Below are positions 1 through 9,041 of a DNA stretch of 53,841 nt, in pieces. This DNA is from Candidatus Aenigmatarchaeota archaeon. Lineage in GTDB: Archaea; Aenigmatarchaeota; Aenigmatarchaeia; CG10238-14; SCSR01. The DNA lies in NCBI GenBank assembly GCA_038998625.1, contig JAWADS010000002.1:1-53841 (forward strand), in the 5' to 3' direction. Each line of letters opens with the position of its first letter. Within the stretch, counting starts at the first letter, position 1. Made by a program: the position numbers and the translations under genes. The notes beneath the pieces were generated by a model that was not told the DNA's origin, did not search any database, and saw only the letters and a program-made list of their open reading frames with translations.

Positions 1-1072
1 TTTTTTCTAGTTTATTCATTTCATCCATGTATTTTGGGATATCCGTGACATCCAATTCTCTTGCACTTTCAAATCTTTTTAATAAAAGCAAAATCAAACT
101 TTCCTTGCTGCCATAGTTAAACCAAACTTGAGGAGTAAAAACATTTCCATAAGATTTAGAAATTTTTTTCCCACTTTTATCAAGAAACATTTCATACATT
201 ATATGCAAGGGTGGTTCAAAATTCAAAATTTCCCTACAAATTTTGTCATTAACTATAACAGAATCTCTAATATCTTTACCATAAGCTTCAAAAACAATTT
301 GTAAAGCTGCCCATCTCATGGCAAATTCAACCTTCCAGCTCATTTTTCCATCCCCATTAACAAATTTAGCTTCTCCTTTATGCCCGCAACCTTCTACAAT
401 AATCGTTTTTCCATTGTTCAGATTTTTTCCTGTGAACTGTTGATCACAAATATACAGAATTTTATGGGAATTAAAATCCACTTCATAGGCTCGAGTAGTA
501 TATATCTTTCCACAATTTTCACAAACTGGGAAATAAGGCAAAGCTATTTCGAATTTTTCTTGACCCAAAGTTTCCTTAATAATTTTTGCTGCCTTTTCAG
601 AATTCCTCAAAATAATTTCAATTTGTTTATCAAATATTCCTTTTTTATAATCTTCTGTGGCGGAATGGAATTTATATTCAATTCCTACTTTATCCATAGC
701 ATCCCGCAACAAGGAGCTCATATGATTTCCGTAATTTTCATGGCAACCAAAGGGATCAGGCACATCGGTGACTGGTTGGCCAATGTATTTTTCCAACCAA
801 TCTGGCAAAGAAAGGGGAACTTTTCTTAATCCATCTCTATCATCAGAATAAGCTATATATTCTGATTTTACTCCATGGTCCTTCAAAGCAAGCGAAACAG
901 CATAATTTCTAATAACATCTCCAAAACTACCAATATGTGGAAATCCACTGGCTCCAAGACCAGATTCACATCTAAAAACCTTTATTCCTCTTTTAAGATT
1001 ATTTTCTCTTTTAATTATCTCTTCAGCTTTACTATCAAGCCAAAATTTGTATTCTTTGTTTATAGCAGACAT
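1..1072 (-). CDS. lysK: Class I lysyl-tRNA synthetase, N-terminal ~357 codons; C-terminus lies beyond the window start
   Basis: Missing from the ORF track because it runs off the window. Reverse-strand translation from ATG 1072 reads MSAINKEYKFWLDSKAEEIIK...ESGLGASGFPHIGSFGDVIRNY (HIGH-type motif) ... MFLDKSGKKISKSYGNVFTPQVW (KMSKS-type motif), which matches class I LysRS architecture. Confidence 0.85.
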   Translation of the reverse strand, partial: MSAINKEYKFWLDSKAEEIIKRENNLKRGIKVFRCESGLGASGFPHIGSFGDVIRNYAVSLALKDHGVKSEYIAYSDDRDGLRKVPLSLPDWLEKYIGQPVTDVPDPFGCHENYGNHMSSLLRDAMDKVGIEYKFHSATEDYKKGIFDKQIEIILRNSEKAAKIIKETLGQEKFEIALPYFPVCENCGKIYTTRAYEVDFNSHKILYICDQQFTGKNLNNGKTIIVEGCGHKGEAKFVNGDGKMSWKVEFAMRWAALQIVFEAYGKDIRDSVIVNDKICREILNFEPPLHIMYEMFLDKSGKKISKSYGNVFTPQVWFNYGSKESLILLLLKRFESARELDVTDIPKYMDEMNKLEK

Positions 1073-1321
1073 ATTAATTATTTTATTTATCCTATTTTTA
1101 GCGATTTATTAAATTGCTCAAATTTCAATTAGGCGTTGATAGTGATAGATGTTTTTTTATAATTTTTCTATTGCTTATTTTTCATTTAATTCAAAATATT
1201 TATTCATTTTGCCAATATAGTACATTACCAAAATTTTATGATATGCATTTGTAAAAGAATAAAAAACTTTATTTCATACGTGCAGTTGAAATTGACAAGG
1301 GAAATTCCTTAAAAGATAAAA

Positions 1322-1425
1322 TGGGCCATCCCGGATTTGAACCGGGGACCTACGGTATTTACGCTCAGCGGCCTTATAAGACCGTTGCTCTTTCTGTTAA
1401 GTTAACCAGGCTGAGCTAATGGCCC
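1322..1425 (-). tRNA. tRNA-Ile, anticodon read as UAU; 104-nt gene = 75-nt cloverleaf + 12-nt D-loop insert + 17-nt insert at the anticodon loop
   Basis: Minus strand: GGGCCAT TA GCTC AGCCTGGTTA [ACTTAACAGAAA] GAGC A ACGGT CTTATAA [GGCCGCTGAGCGTAAAT] ACCGT AGGTC CCCGG TTCAAAT CCGGG ATGGCCC A. Acceptor, D, anticodon and T stems all pair perfectly. Anticodon TAT is at 1376-1378 (+ coordinates). Confidence 0.7.
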
Positions 1426-1472
1426 ATTATATATTTATAAACTTATTTTATCTTTCATTTTATAGTGGGTTT

Positions 1473-2378
1473 ATGTTGGATAAATATTTTTTAATTAATA
1501 GAATAGTTAAATCTTTAATTAAAAGAAATTTTAAAGTTTTTGTTTCTGAAGGAAGTTTTGATATAGCTGCAAGAAGAGATAAAGTGTTACTACTGAAAAT
1601 TTTGTTAAATGTAGATGCCCTAGAAAGAGAACAAGCTTTAACTTTACTTTCCATATCTCATTTTATTTCAGCCTTTCCTTTTGTTATTTCAGAAAAGACC
1701 AATAAAGGATTTTTAAAGAAAGGTATTATTTATTCAAGATTTGGCTTGCCTGTTATTAATTCACAGACTTTTGATGAGATTTTAGAAGAGGAAATTTACT
1801 TGATTCATGCTGCAAAAGGTAGATATGTGATGGAAATAGATGTAGAGAAGCTTAGGCGCACGAGAGAAGAGTTGGGGTATTCTCTATCAGAGCTATCAAA
1901 GTTAGTTGGAGTCTCTAAAAAAACCTTATATGAAATAGAAAAAAAGAGGGTAAACCCTTCTGAAAAAACATTAGAAAAATTGGAAAAAATTTTAAATACT
2001 AGACTTATTTTACCATTTAGGCCAAAAGTGCCTGAAGAATTAAAGTTAAAGCCAAAGGACAATTTTCAGAAACAAGTTATGGAAGAATTTACAAGAATAG
2101 GAATAGATAATTCAGCTACCTATTCAACTCTTTTTGACATTGTTGGAAAAGAAAAATTTTCTTTAATAATAGGTTTAGCGAAAGGCAGGTTAAATCTTAA
2201 AAGAAAAGCGCAAAATGTTAAAAAGATTTCAAAAATATTTGATTCAAAAGCTTTTTTTGTAGGTAGGGCCGTCAATAAAGAAATTATAGAAGGGTTGCCA
2301 TTAATCCTTGAAGAAGAACTATCAGAAATACAAAATGTTAATGAGTTTAATAAAATTCTTGAAGAAAAACAGGCGTAA
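1473..2378 (+). CDS. Predicted HTH (Xre/Cro-C1 type) transcriptional regulator, archaeal COG1395-like
   Basis: Track ORF 1419..2378 trimmed to ATG 1473 because 1419-1425 overlaps the tRNA. Central HTH: LGYSLSELSKLVGVSKKTLYEIEKKRVNPS. The family assignment is from memory. Confidence 0.6.
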   Translation: MLDKYFLINRIVKSLIKRNFKVFVSEGSFDIAARRDKVLLLKILLNVDALEREQALTLLSISHFISAFPFVISEKTNKGFLKKGIIYSRFGLPVINSQTFDEILEEEIYLIHAAKGRYVMEIDVEKLRRTREELGYSLSELSKLVGVSKKTLYEIEKKRVNPSEKTLEKLEKILNTRLILPFRPKVPEELKLKPKDNFQKQVMEEFTRIGIDNSATYSTLFDIVGKEKFSLIIGLAKGRLNLKRKAQNVKKISKIFDSKAFFVGRAVNKEIIEGLPLILEEELSEIQNVNEFNKILEEKQA

Positions 2379-2424
2379 AATATTTAAATGTGTATGTAGG
2401 TATACAATAATTAGTAAAATTTAA

Positions 2425-4083
2425 ATGGGTGAAAAAATGGTTCAAGCTATGGTTGGTCAGCTGGCAGGGCAGCCCGTTTTGATTTTACCTGAAGGTACTT
2501 TAAGGCAAGTGGGAAGAGATGCCCAAAGAAATAACATCGCTGCTGCTAAAGCTGTTGCAGATGCAGTTAGGACTACCTTAGGTCCTAAAGGAATGGATAA
2601 AATGTTAGTAGATTCTATAGGTGACATAGTTATAACAAACGATGGTGTTACAATTTTAGAAGAAATGGAGATAGAGCACCCTGCTGCAAAAATGATGGTG
2701 GAAGTAGCTAAAACCCAAAATGAAGAAGTAGGGGATGGTACTACTACAGCTGTTGTTATTGCAGGTGAGCTTCTAAAAAAGGCTGAAGAACTTTTGGAGC
2801 AGGAAATTCATCCTACAGTTATAACAAAAGGTTTTAAGTTAGCGAAGGAAGAAGCCTTAAAAATTTTAGAACAAATTGCTTCACCAGTTACTTTAAATGA
2901 TACGGAAATTTTAAAGAAAATAGCCATTACTTCTATGACTGGTAAGTCAGCAGAAAAGGCTTCTGAAAAATTAGCTTCTTTAGTAGTAGATGCTGTTAAG
3001 GCTATAGCCCAAAAGGAAGATGGAAAAATTGTTGTGGATACAAATAATATAACAAGGGTTAAAAAACATGGTGGTAGCTCAGAGGAAACTGAATTAATCA
3101 GAGGAATTGTTATTGATAAGGAAGTAGTGCATCCAGGTATGCCTAAGGTTGTAAAAGATGCTAAGATTGCTTTGCTTGATGTGGCTTTAGAAATTAAAGA
3201 AACTGAAACTGATGCAGAAATAAGAATAACTTCTCCTGAGCAGATGCAAGCTTTTATTGAACAAGAGCAAAAAATGCTAAAGGACATGGTGGATAAAATT
3301 ATTGCCAGTGGAGCCAATGTTGTTTTATGTCAAAAAGGAATTGATGATTTAGCTCAACATTACTTGGCTAAAAAGAAAATTTTAGCTTGCAGAAGGGTTA
3401 AAAAATCAGACATGGAAGCTCTAGCTAAGGCTACAGGTGGAAGAATTGTAACAAGTTTGGAAGATTTGTCCTCTGAAGATTTAGGTTATGCTAAAGTTGT
3501 GGAAGAGAAGAAGATCGCAGGCGAGGCCATGACTTTTATTAGGGACTGCAAAGATCCTAAAGCAGTTACGATTTTAGTTAGGGGTAGCACAGAACATGTT
3601 GTAGATGAGGTTGATAGGAGTATAGAAGATGCTATAGGTGCTGTGGCTTCTGCTATTGAACTTGGTAAAATTGTTCCTGGGGCAGGGGCCCCTGAATTAG
3701 AAGTTGCAAAAAGATTGAGGAAATTTGCTGAAAAGTTTTCTGGTAGAGAACAATTAGCAATTCTTGCCTTTGCGGAAGCCTTGGAAGTGGTTCCCCGTGC
3801 TTTAGCAGAAAATGCTGGTTTAGATCCTATTGATATCTTAGTAGAACTTAGAGCAGCCCATGAACAGAACAAAACTAGCTATGGGGTAGATGTTATGAAT
3901 GGAAAGGTTTCCGATGCTTTGCAAATGGGCGTAATAGAACCTTTGAAGGTGAAATTGCAAGCCATAAAATCTGCAGCTGAAGCGGCTGAGATGATTTTAA
4001 GAATTGATGATGTGATTTCTGCAGGCAAGCTCGAAAAAGGTGCTCCAAAAGTGCCTGAAGGCGCAGGAGAGGAAGGAGAATAA
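2425..4083 (+). CDS. ths: Thermosome subunit (group II chaperonin)
   Basis: [20 protein letters not shown] and VPGAGAPE segments; 552 aa. Alternative ATG starts at 2437 (preceded by GGGTGA) and 2449. Confidence 0.95.
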   Translation: MGEKMVQAMVGQLAGQPVLILPEGTLRQVGRDAQRNNIAAAKAVADAVRTTLGPKGMDKMLVDSIGDIVITNDGVTILEEMEIEHPAAKMMVEVAKTQNEEVGDGTTTAVVIAGELLKKAEELLEQEIHPTVITKGFKLAKEEALKILEQIASPVTLNDTEILKKIAITSMTGKSAEKASEKLASLVVDAVKAIAQKEDGKIVVDTNNITRVKKHGGSSEETELIRGIVIDKEVVHPGMPKVVKDAKIALLDVALEIKETETDAEIRITSPEQMQAFIEQEQKMLKDMVDKIIASGANVVLCQKGIDDLAQHYLAKKKILACRRVKKSDMEALAKATGGRIVTSLEDLSSEDLGYAKVVEEKKIAGEAMTFIRDCKDPKAVTILVRGSTEHVVDEVDRSIEDAIGAVASAIELGKIVPGAGAPELEVAKRLRKFAEKFSGREQLAILAFAEALEVVPRALAENAGLDPIDILVELRAAHEQNKTSYGVDVMNGKVSDALQMGVIEPLKVKLQAIKSAAEAAEMILRIDDVISAGKLEKGAPKVPEGAGEEGE

Positions 4084-4106
4084 TTTTTTGTATTATTTAA
4101 TCAAAT

Positions 4107-4529
4107 TTATTTCATACTATTTAAAAAATCTTCAGCTTTATCTATAACATCCCAATGAAATCTTTTTGCCCTTTTTCTTATCTCATCTATAGTTAGCCAA
4201 GCATATCCCTCATGCTCATAAGAAAGCTTTACATTTTCTTCCTTGGTTTCCACAAGGAAGAAAATAACTTCTTTAAAAACTGTTTCTTTACCTTTTTTAT
4301 AAAAGTATGTTGTCCTTTCTCGAAAGCCTGGTATAAATTTTATATCTTTAATTCCAGTTTCCTCTTCAATTTCCCTTCTTACAGTTTCCTCTTCACTTTC
4401 ATTTTTTTCCACATTACCTTTGGGCAAATCCCAATATTCGTTAACAAATCTTTTCTTAAGCATTAAGTACTTTCTTTTACTGTTTTCTAACCTAAAAATA
4501 ATTGCACCGGCAGATTTTTCCCTTAACAT
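4107..4529 (-). CDS. NUDIX hydrolase
   Basis: Nudix box GNVEKNESEEETVRREIEEETGI fits GX5EX7REUXEEXGU. Confidence 0.85.
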   Translation of the reverse strand: MLREKSAGAIIFRLENSKRKYLMLKKRFVNEYWDLPKGNVEKNESEEETVRREIEEETGIKDIKFIPGFRERTTYFYKKGKETVFKEVIFFLVETKEENVKLSYEHEGYAWLTIDEIRKRAKRFHWDVIDKAEDFLNSMK

Positions 4530-4621
4530 AAGATAAATTTAGCTAAACTACTAAAAATAAAACTTTTATTACCTCTTTTTTTTAAATAATTAATATAAGC
4601 CCTTATTGTTAGGAGTTAAAT

Positions 4622-5095
4622 ATGGCGGAAAATGAAGAGGAATATGAATTAATTCCACTTTCTCCTTTAAGAAGATTAGAAAAGAGGATAGAAGAACTTG
4701 AAAAATCGAAATTTGATACAAAAGAGTTTTACAAAGAATTGGTTGACATAATAAGAATAAATCAAGAAATAGTTCAGGAAATTGCAAAAGCCAGTGATGC
4801 CTTAAGAATAGAATTATCAAAGTTGCCTGGTAGATTAGAGGCTTTAGCAGTAAAATTGGATGAGCTCATTTCTTTCATAAGAGCTTCGGCTACTGAAGAG
4901 GAGCATCCTTCTGCTCCTGAAGCTCCTAGTTCAACTTTAGCCGCAAAACTAGACCAATTAATAGAAACTAATAAGAAAATAGCTGAAGGAAACGAAGCTA
5001 TTATATCTACTTTAGAATCTTTGGAGAAAAAACTAAGGAGACCTATACCACCATTACCATTGAAAAGAACCCTGTTGCCACCAAGACCAATTTAA
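4622..5095 (+). CDS. Hypothetical coiled-coil protein with proline-rich C-terminal tail
   Basis: AGGAG Shine-Dalgarno-like motif before ATG 4622. Heptad-like E/K/L-rich sequence ending RRPIPPLPLKRTLLPPRPI. No family recognised. Sits directly upstream of the pilus operon. Confidence 0.55.
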   Translation: MAENEEEYELIPLSPLRRLEKRIEELEKSKFDTKEFYKELVDIIRINQEIVQEIAKASDALRIELSKLPGRLEALAVKLDELISFIRASATEEEHPSAPEAPSSTLAAKLDQLIETNKKIAEGNEAIISTLESLEKKLRRPIPPLPLKRTLLPPRPI

Positions 5096-5163
5096 TTAAT
5101 CAAATTAATTTATCTATTTCATCTAGAGCAAAAAGCTATTTTCTTAAAAGTTAAATATAAATT

Positions 5164-5808
5164 ATGAAAAAAGCTCAAACTGAAGCAATTTCACTAGTGC
5201 TTATTGTTTTGCTTGCTATAGGATTGGTGGCGGTTGCCTATAGTTGGGGGCTACCATTAATACAAAAAAGACAAGACACCATAATTGTTGAAAGGGTAAA
5301 AAACTCTTTTAGTCAAATAAATGTTAATTCTCTTCCTAGCAAGATAGAAAGGGCTGCCAACAGTGCTAGCGAGGAAACTTTTAATTTAGATGTAGATGGT
5401 TTATGGGTTCTTTATCCTTATGATTTTTCTGGGCCAGAAAATAATTCAATTTCTTTTACATTTTTCTCTAAAGTTACTGATATGGCTCCAGATACTGGAT
5501 GGCAATCTTTAACACCAAATGCTCAATGCCCTCCACTACAAGGAACTTTAGCAGTAGATAAAGCTTCAGTTGTTTGTAGAAGGGCTGATAAATTTTCCGA
5601 TGGCTATAACATAACTTATCGAATTTGGTTTAGAAATCTAACAGACACAAGAAACCTACAAATTTATAGAATAAATTTATTAAAACATGAAGCTGGATAT
5701 GCCACTTCCACACTAAAAACCTTGAAAATATTTGGTAGCACTCCTGTAAAAACAACTATTGGTTCACAAACATTAATTACCACTGAAGTCAAAATTTTAT
5801 TAGGGTAG
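5164..5808 (+). CDS. Type IV pilin-like protein (class III signal peptide)
   Basis: N-terminus MKKAQTEAISLVLIVLLAIGLVAVAY: short basic leader, small residue plus Q, then a hydrophobic helix. First gene of the coupled operon. Confidence 0.65.
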   Translation: MKKAQTEAISLVLIVLLAIGLVAVAYSWGLPLIQKRQDTIIVERVKNSFSQINVNSLPSKIERAANSASEETFNLDVDGLWVLYPYDFSGPENNSISFTFFSKVTDMAPDTGWQSLTPNAQCPPLQGTLAVDKASVVCRRADKFSDGYNITYRIWFRNLTDTRNLQIYRINLLKHEAGYATSTLKTLKIFGSTPVKTTIGSQTLITTEVKILLG

Positions 5809-5809
5809 A

Positions 5810-6235
5810 ATGAGGAAGGGGCAAAGTCTAGTAATACAATTTACACTTTTTTTCTTGATAGGTTTGGGATTGTTTGTTGTTATTGGTAATGTTTTTAAAT
5901 CTTATTCTGATGTTTTAAGGGAAGATATTGCCGCAGAAGCAAGAAAACTTTTGAATAGTTATTTTTCATCATTGGCTGTGATTAGCATAAATAGTTGTAA
6001 ACAATGCAACTATGTAGAAGTAAAGACCAAAGTAGAAAACACCACAGCTGATTATTTCCATCAGGTAACTCTTTCTTCCTTAGGTCTTAATGTTATTTCT
6101 CAGCCTGGTACTAAAAATTTTTTGGCATCTATTCACAATTTAAATACAACTTACTCTCTACTAGGCACTTCTTCTTCAGCAAAAACAATAATTTTTACCT
6201 TTACAAAAAACCAAAATAAATTAGAGGCAAGATAA
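5810..6235 (+). CDS. Type IV pilin-like protein (class III signal peptide)
   Basis: MRKGQSLVIQFTLFFLIGLGLFVVIG. Starts 1 nt after the previous stop. Confidence 0.65.
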   Translation: MRKGQSLVIQFTLFFLIGLGLFVVIGNVFKSYSDVLREDIAAEARKLLNSYFSSLAVISINSCKQCNYVEVKTKVENTTADYFHQVTLSSLGLNVISQPGTKNFLASIHNLNTTYSLLGTSSSAKTIIFTFTKNQNKLEAR

Positions 6236-8172
6236 TGAATTTGGCTAAGAAAATATTGCAACGATTTATAAAAGGTTATAGAAATATTTATCGTAAATAT
6301 CAGGTAGAATCAATGAAACCTCCAATAGAAGTTAAAGAATTGCCTGAAAAAATAAGTGTGAGCAAAGAAAAGGAAATAATTCAGAAAGTTTTTCAAGTTC
6401 AACCACAAATAGAAAGCCCTACAACAATTCCAATAAAAATTACTCCTGTTGTAACTGGAGAAGTTCAACCACAAATAGAAAGCCCTACAACAATTCCAAT
6501 AAAAATTACTCCTGTTGTAACTGGGGAAGTTCAACCAAAGGAGGAAGAATTAGAAGGGGAGAGGATAAAATACGTAAAGCAAATAGAGGGAGCTGTAGAA
6601 ATACCTGAGATAATAGTACCTGCGAAAGTAAAGCCTGGTAAAATAGAAGAGGAGGGTGCAAGAACTTTAATACAAATGGCCTATCCTCTGATACCTAAAA
6701 AACCAAAACCTAATGAGCCAATTTTCGCATATGCGAAAATATATTGGGATAATAAATCTAGGCGCTATGTTTATGAGGTAGTTGAACCGAAATTATCAGA
6801 AAAGCTTAAACAGATAATTGGTAAAATAAAAGATTTGTTAGAGCAAAGGTTAGATATTGATTTCTCGAGGCTTAAGAAAATTGAAGCTTCTGAATATTTA
6901 CACAAGCAAATTATGGATATAATAAATTATTTTGGTTTTAAACTAACCGATACAGAAAAAGCCATTTTGAGATATTATGTGGAAAGGGATTTCATGGGTT
7001 TAGGTAAAATAGAGCCTTTGATGCAAGATGATCAAATAGAAGATATTAGTTGTGATGGCTATGACATACCTATTTTTGTTTTTCATAGAAATCCACATCT
7101 TGGCACATTAATTACTAATATTAAATTTTCTGATCCGGATGAGCTGGATTCCTTCATAATTAAGCTGGCACAAATAGCAGGGAAATCAATATCAGTTGCA
7201 GAACCTTTAATAGATGCAACTTTACCAGATGGTAGCAGATTACAAGCAACTCTGGCAACAGATATAGCGCGAAAGGGCAGTAATTTTACTATAAGGAAAT
7301 TTACTGAACAGCCCTTAACTCCTACAGATTTATTAAACTTTAATACAATTGATGCTAGGACATTGGCTTATCTTTGGCTAGCTGTTGATTATGGTAGAAG
7401 TGTCTTGGTTGCTGGAGGAACAGCTTCGGGTAAAACGTCCTTTCTAAATGTTTTATCCCTTTTCATTAGGCCAGATAAAAAAATTATTTCAATAGAAGAT
7501 ACTGCAGAGTTGCAATTACCGCATGAACATTGGGTGCCTTCAGTTGCAAGGACTCCTGTTGCTGGAGCAGAAAGTTTAGTTAGAGGAAAAGAAATAGATT
7601 TGTTTGAGTTGTTGAGGGAAAGCTTCAGGCAAAGGCCAGATTATATTGTAGTAGGTGAAGTTAGAGGCAGAGAGGCCTTCATATTATTCCAACAAATGGC
7701 AACTGGACATCCTAGTTTAGCTACTATACATGCAGAGAACTTACCAAAATTAGTAGATAGATTAACTACCCCACCAATTTCTCTCCATCCTACTCTTATA
7801 ACCAATGCGGATTTGATAGTGTTTTTAGCAAGGATGAGATACAAAGAAAAACATGTAAGAAAAGTAGTGGAGGTCTTGGAATTGGTTGGATATGATAGTG
7901 AAAAAAATATGCCGATAGTGAATCAAGTTTTTAAGTGGGACCCTATTAGTGATAAGTTTGTATCCGCCAGCAAGAGTTTTATTTTGAAAAAAATTTCTGA
8001 TTTAACTGGTTTAAAAAAAGAAGATTTAGTGGAAGAATTGAAAAGGAGAACAGTGCTTTTAAATTGGATGCAAGAAAGGAATATAACCAATTATACTGAT
8101 GTTTTCAAGGTTTTAAGCGAGTACTACTCTAACCCAGAAGCAGTAATGGCGAGAATATTGGGTGAAGTCTAA
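6235..8172 (+). CDS. Type IV pilus/secretion ATPase (FlaI/GspE/VirB11 superfamily) with a repeat-containing N-terminal extension
   Basis: Walker A GGTASGKTSFLN, VVGEVRGREA, ATGHPSLATIHA. Start overlaps the upstream stop (TAATG). The first ~150 aa are not part of the ATPase core. Confidence 0.9.
   Translation: MNLAKKILQRFIKGYRNIYRKYQVESMKPPIEVKELPEKISVSKEKEIIQKVFQVQPQIESPTTIPIKITPVVTGEVQPQIESPTTIPIKITPVVTGEVQPKEEELEGERIKYVKQIEGAVEIPEIIVPAKVKPGKIEEEGARTLIQMAYPLIPKKPKPNEPIFAYAKIYWDNKSRRYVYEVVEPKLSEKLKQIIGKIKDLLEQRLDIDFSRLKKIEASEYLHKQIMDIINYFGFKLTDTEKAILRYYVERDFMGLGKIEPLMQDDQIEDISCDGYDIPIFVFHRNPHLGTLITNIKFSDPDELDSFIIKLAQIAGKSISVAEPLIDATLPDGSRLQATLATDIARKGSNFTIRKFTEQPLTPTDLLNFNTIDARTLAYLWLAVDYGRSVLVAGGTASGKTSFLNVLSLFIRPDKKIISIEDTAELQLPHEHWVPSVARTPVAGAESLVRGKEIDLFELLRESFRQRPDYIVVGEVRGREAFILFQQMATGHPSLATIHAENLPKLVDRLTTPPISLHPTLITNADLIVFLARMRYKEKHVRKVVEVLELVGYDSEKNMPIVNQVFKWDPISDKFVSASKSFILKKISDLTGLKKEDLVEELKRRTVLLNWMQERNITNYTDVFKVLSEYYSNPEAVMARILGEV
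6397..6537 (+). repeat. Tandem 66-bp direct repeat, 2 full units plus 9 nt of a third, in frame inside the ATPase gene
   Basis: Unit 6397-6462 equals 6463-6528 except one base (ggagaa vs ggggaa). It encodes VQPQIESPTTIPIKITPVVTGE twice. Confidence 0.95.
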
Positions 8173-9041
8173 TGGATTTCTATACTCGCCTAGCCTTTAG
8201 ATTATTTGGCGATGTTAGTAGCAGAGCTTCAGTTTATTTTGCTGATATAAAATCTGATTTAAAAAAGGCTAGAATGAAAATATCTATCCAAGAGTATTTA
8301 AGTAAAGCGATATTAACAACATTTTTTGTTTTTTTGATTCCTATGCCAATTCTTTCTTTTTTATTTGGCTTTATTTTCCAGGCCTTTCTTTTCGCATTTA
8401 TCACTTCGATAACGGTATCTATCTTTATTGCCTTAAGCTTTTTCATTTTTTTTCTTAACTATCCTAAATTAATTATAAAACGAAGAGAAAAAATAATTGA
8501 TTATACATTACCCTTTGCTTCCCTCTATCTTTCTACAGTCGCAAGCTCAAAACTTCCTTTTCATAAATCCCTCGAAACCTTTTCAAAATTTAGTGGCTAT
8601 GGACCTATAGTGGAGGAAATGAATCTTATTATAAGTGATATGAAAGTTTTTGGTCTTGATGTTAATACTGCTTTAGAGAGGGCAGTGGAAAGATCTCCAT
8701 CAAAAAATTTTAAAGAGTTGTTATGGGGTATACTATCCACTATTAGGGCTGGAGGAGATTTAGCAACTTATTTAAAGGAAAAGGCAAGGAATTTTATGGC
8801 AGAATATAGGAGAAAAATTTACGAGTTTTCCCATACATTAACAGTTTACATTGAAATTTATTTAACAGCAATAATTATCGGCGCGATTTTTTTCACAATA
8901 TTAACAGCAATAATTTCTGGAATTACAGGAGGAGCAACAGATATAATTTTTGTTCAGTTCATTTTAATTTTCCTTTTTATACCTTTAGTATCTACGGTTT
9001 TCATATTTTTGATTAAATCTTCTTCACCCGGAGGAGAATAA
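8172..9041 (+). CDS. Half-size FlaJ/TadB/TadC-like (T2SSF-domain) pilus platform membrane protein
   Basis: Several TM segments flank a soluble domain: LPFASLYLSTVASSKLPFHKSLETFSKF...ALERAVERSPSKNFKELLWGILSTIRAGGDLATYL. TAATG overlap with the ATPase stop. Confidence 0.8.
   Translation: MDFYTRLAFRLFGDVSSRASVYFADIKSDLKKARMKISIQEYLSKAILTTFFVFLIPMPILSFLFGFIFQAFLFAFITSITVSIFIALSFFIFFLNYPKLIIKRREKIIDYTLPFASLYLSTVASSKLPFHKSLETFSKFSGYGPIVEEMNLIISDMKVFGLDVNTALERAVERSPSKNFKELLWGILSTIRAGGDLATYLKEKARNFMAEYRRKIYEFSHTLTVYIEIYLTAIIIGAIFFTILTAIISGITGGATDIIFVQFILIFLFIPLVSTVFIFLIKSSSPGGE

Noticed and set aside
380-1132. Track ORFs 380..829 (+) and 875..1132 (+)
   Set aside because: Low-complexity F/I/N-rich translations lying antisense to a clean class I LysRS reading frame; these are shadow ORFs.
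1419-1472. N-terminal extension of the HTH regulator ORF (MAHYIFINLFYLSFYSGF)
   Set aside because: It overlaps the 5' end of the tRNA gene on the other strand and is hydrophobic junk; the in-frame ATG at 1473 is a better start.
2808-3872. Antisense ORFs 2808..3317 (-) and 3486..3872 (-) inside the thermosome gene
   Set aside because: Ser/Ala/Ile-rich shadow frames of a highly conserved gene; no independent support.
6310-6534. Minus-strand 74-aa ORF with an internal repeat
   Set aside because: It is simply the reverse frame of the 66-bp tandem repeat in the ATPase gene.
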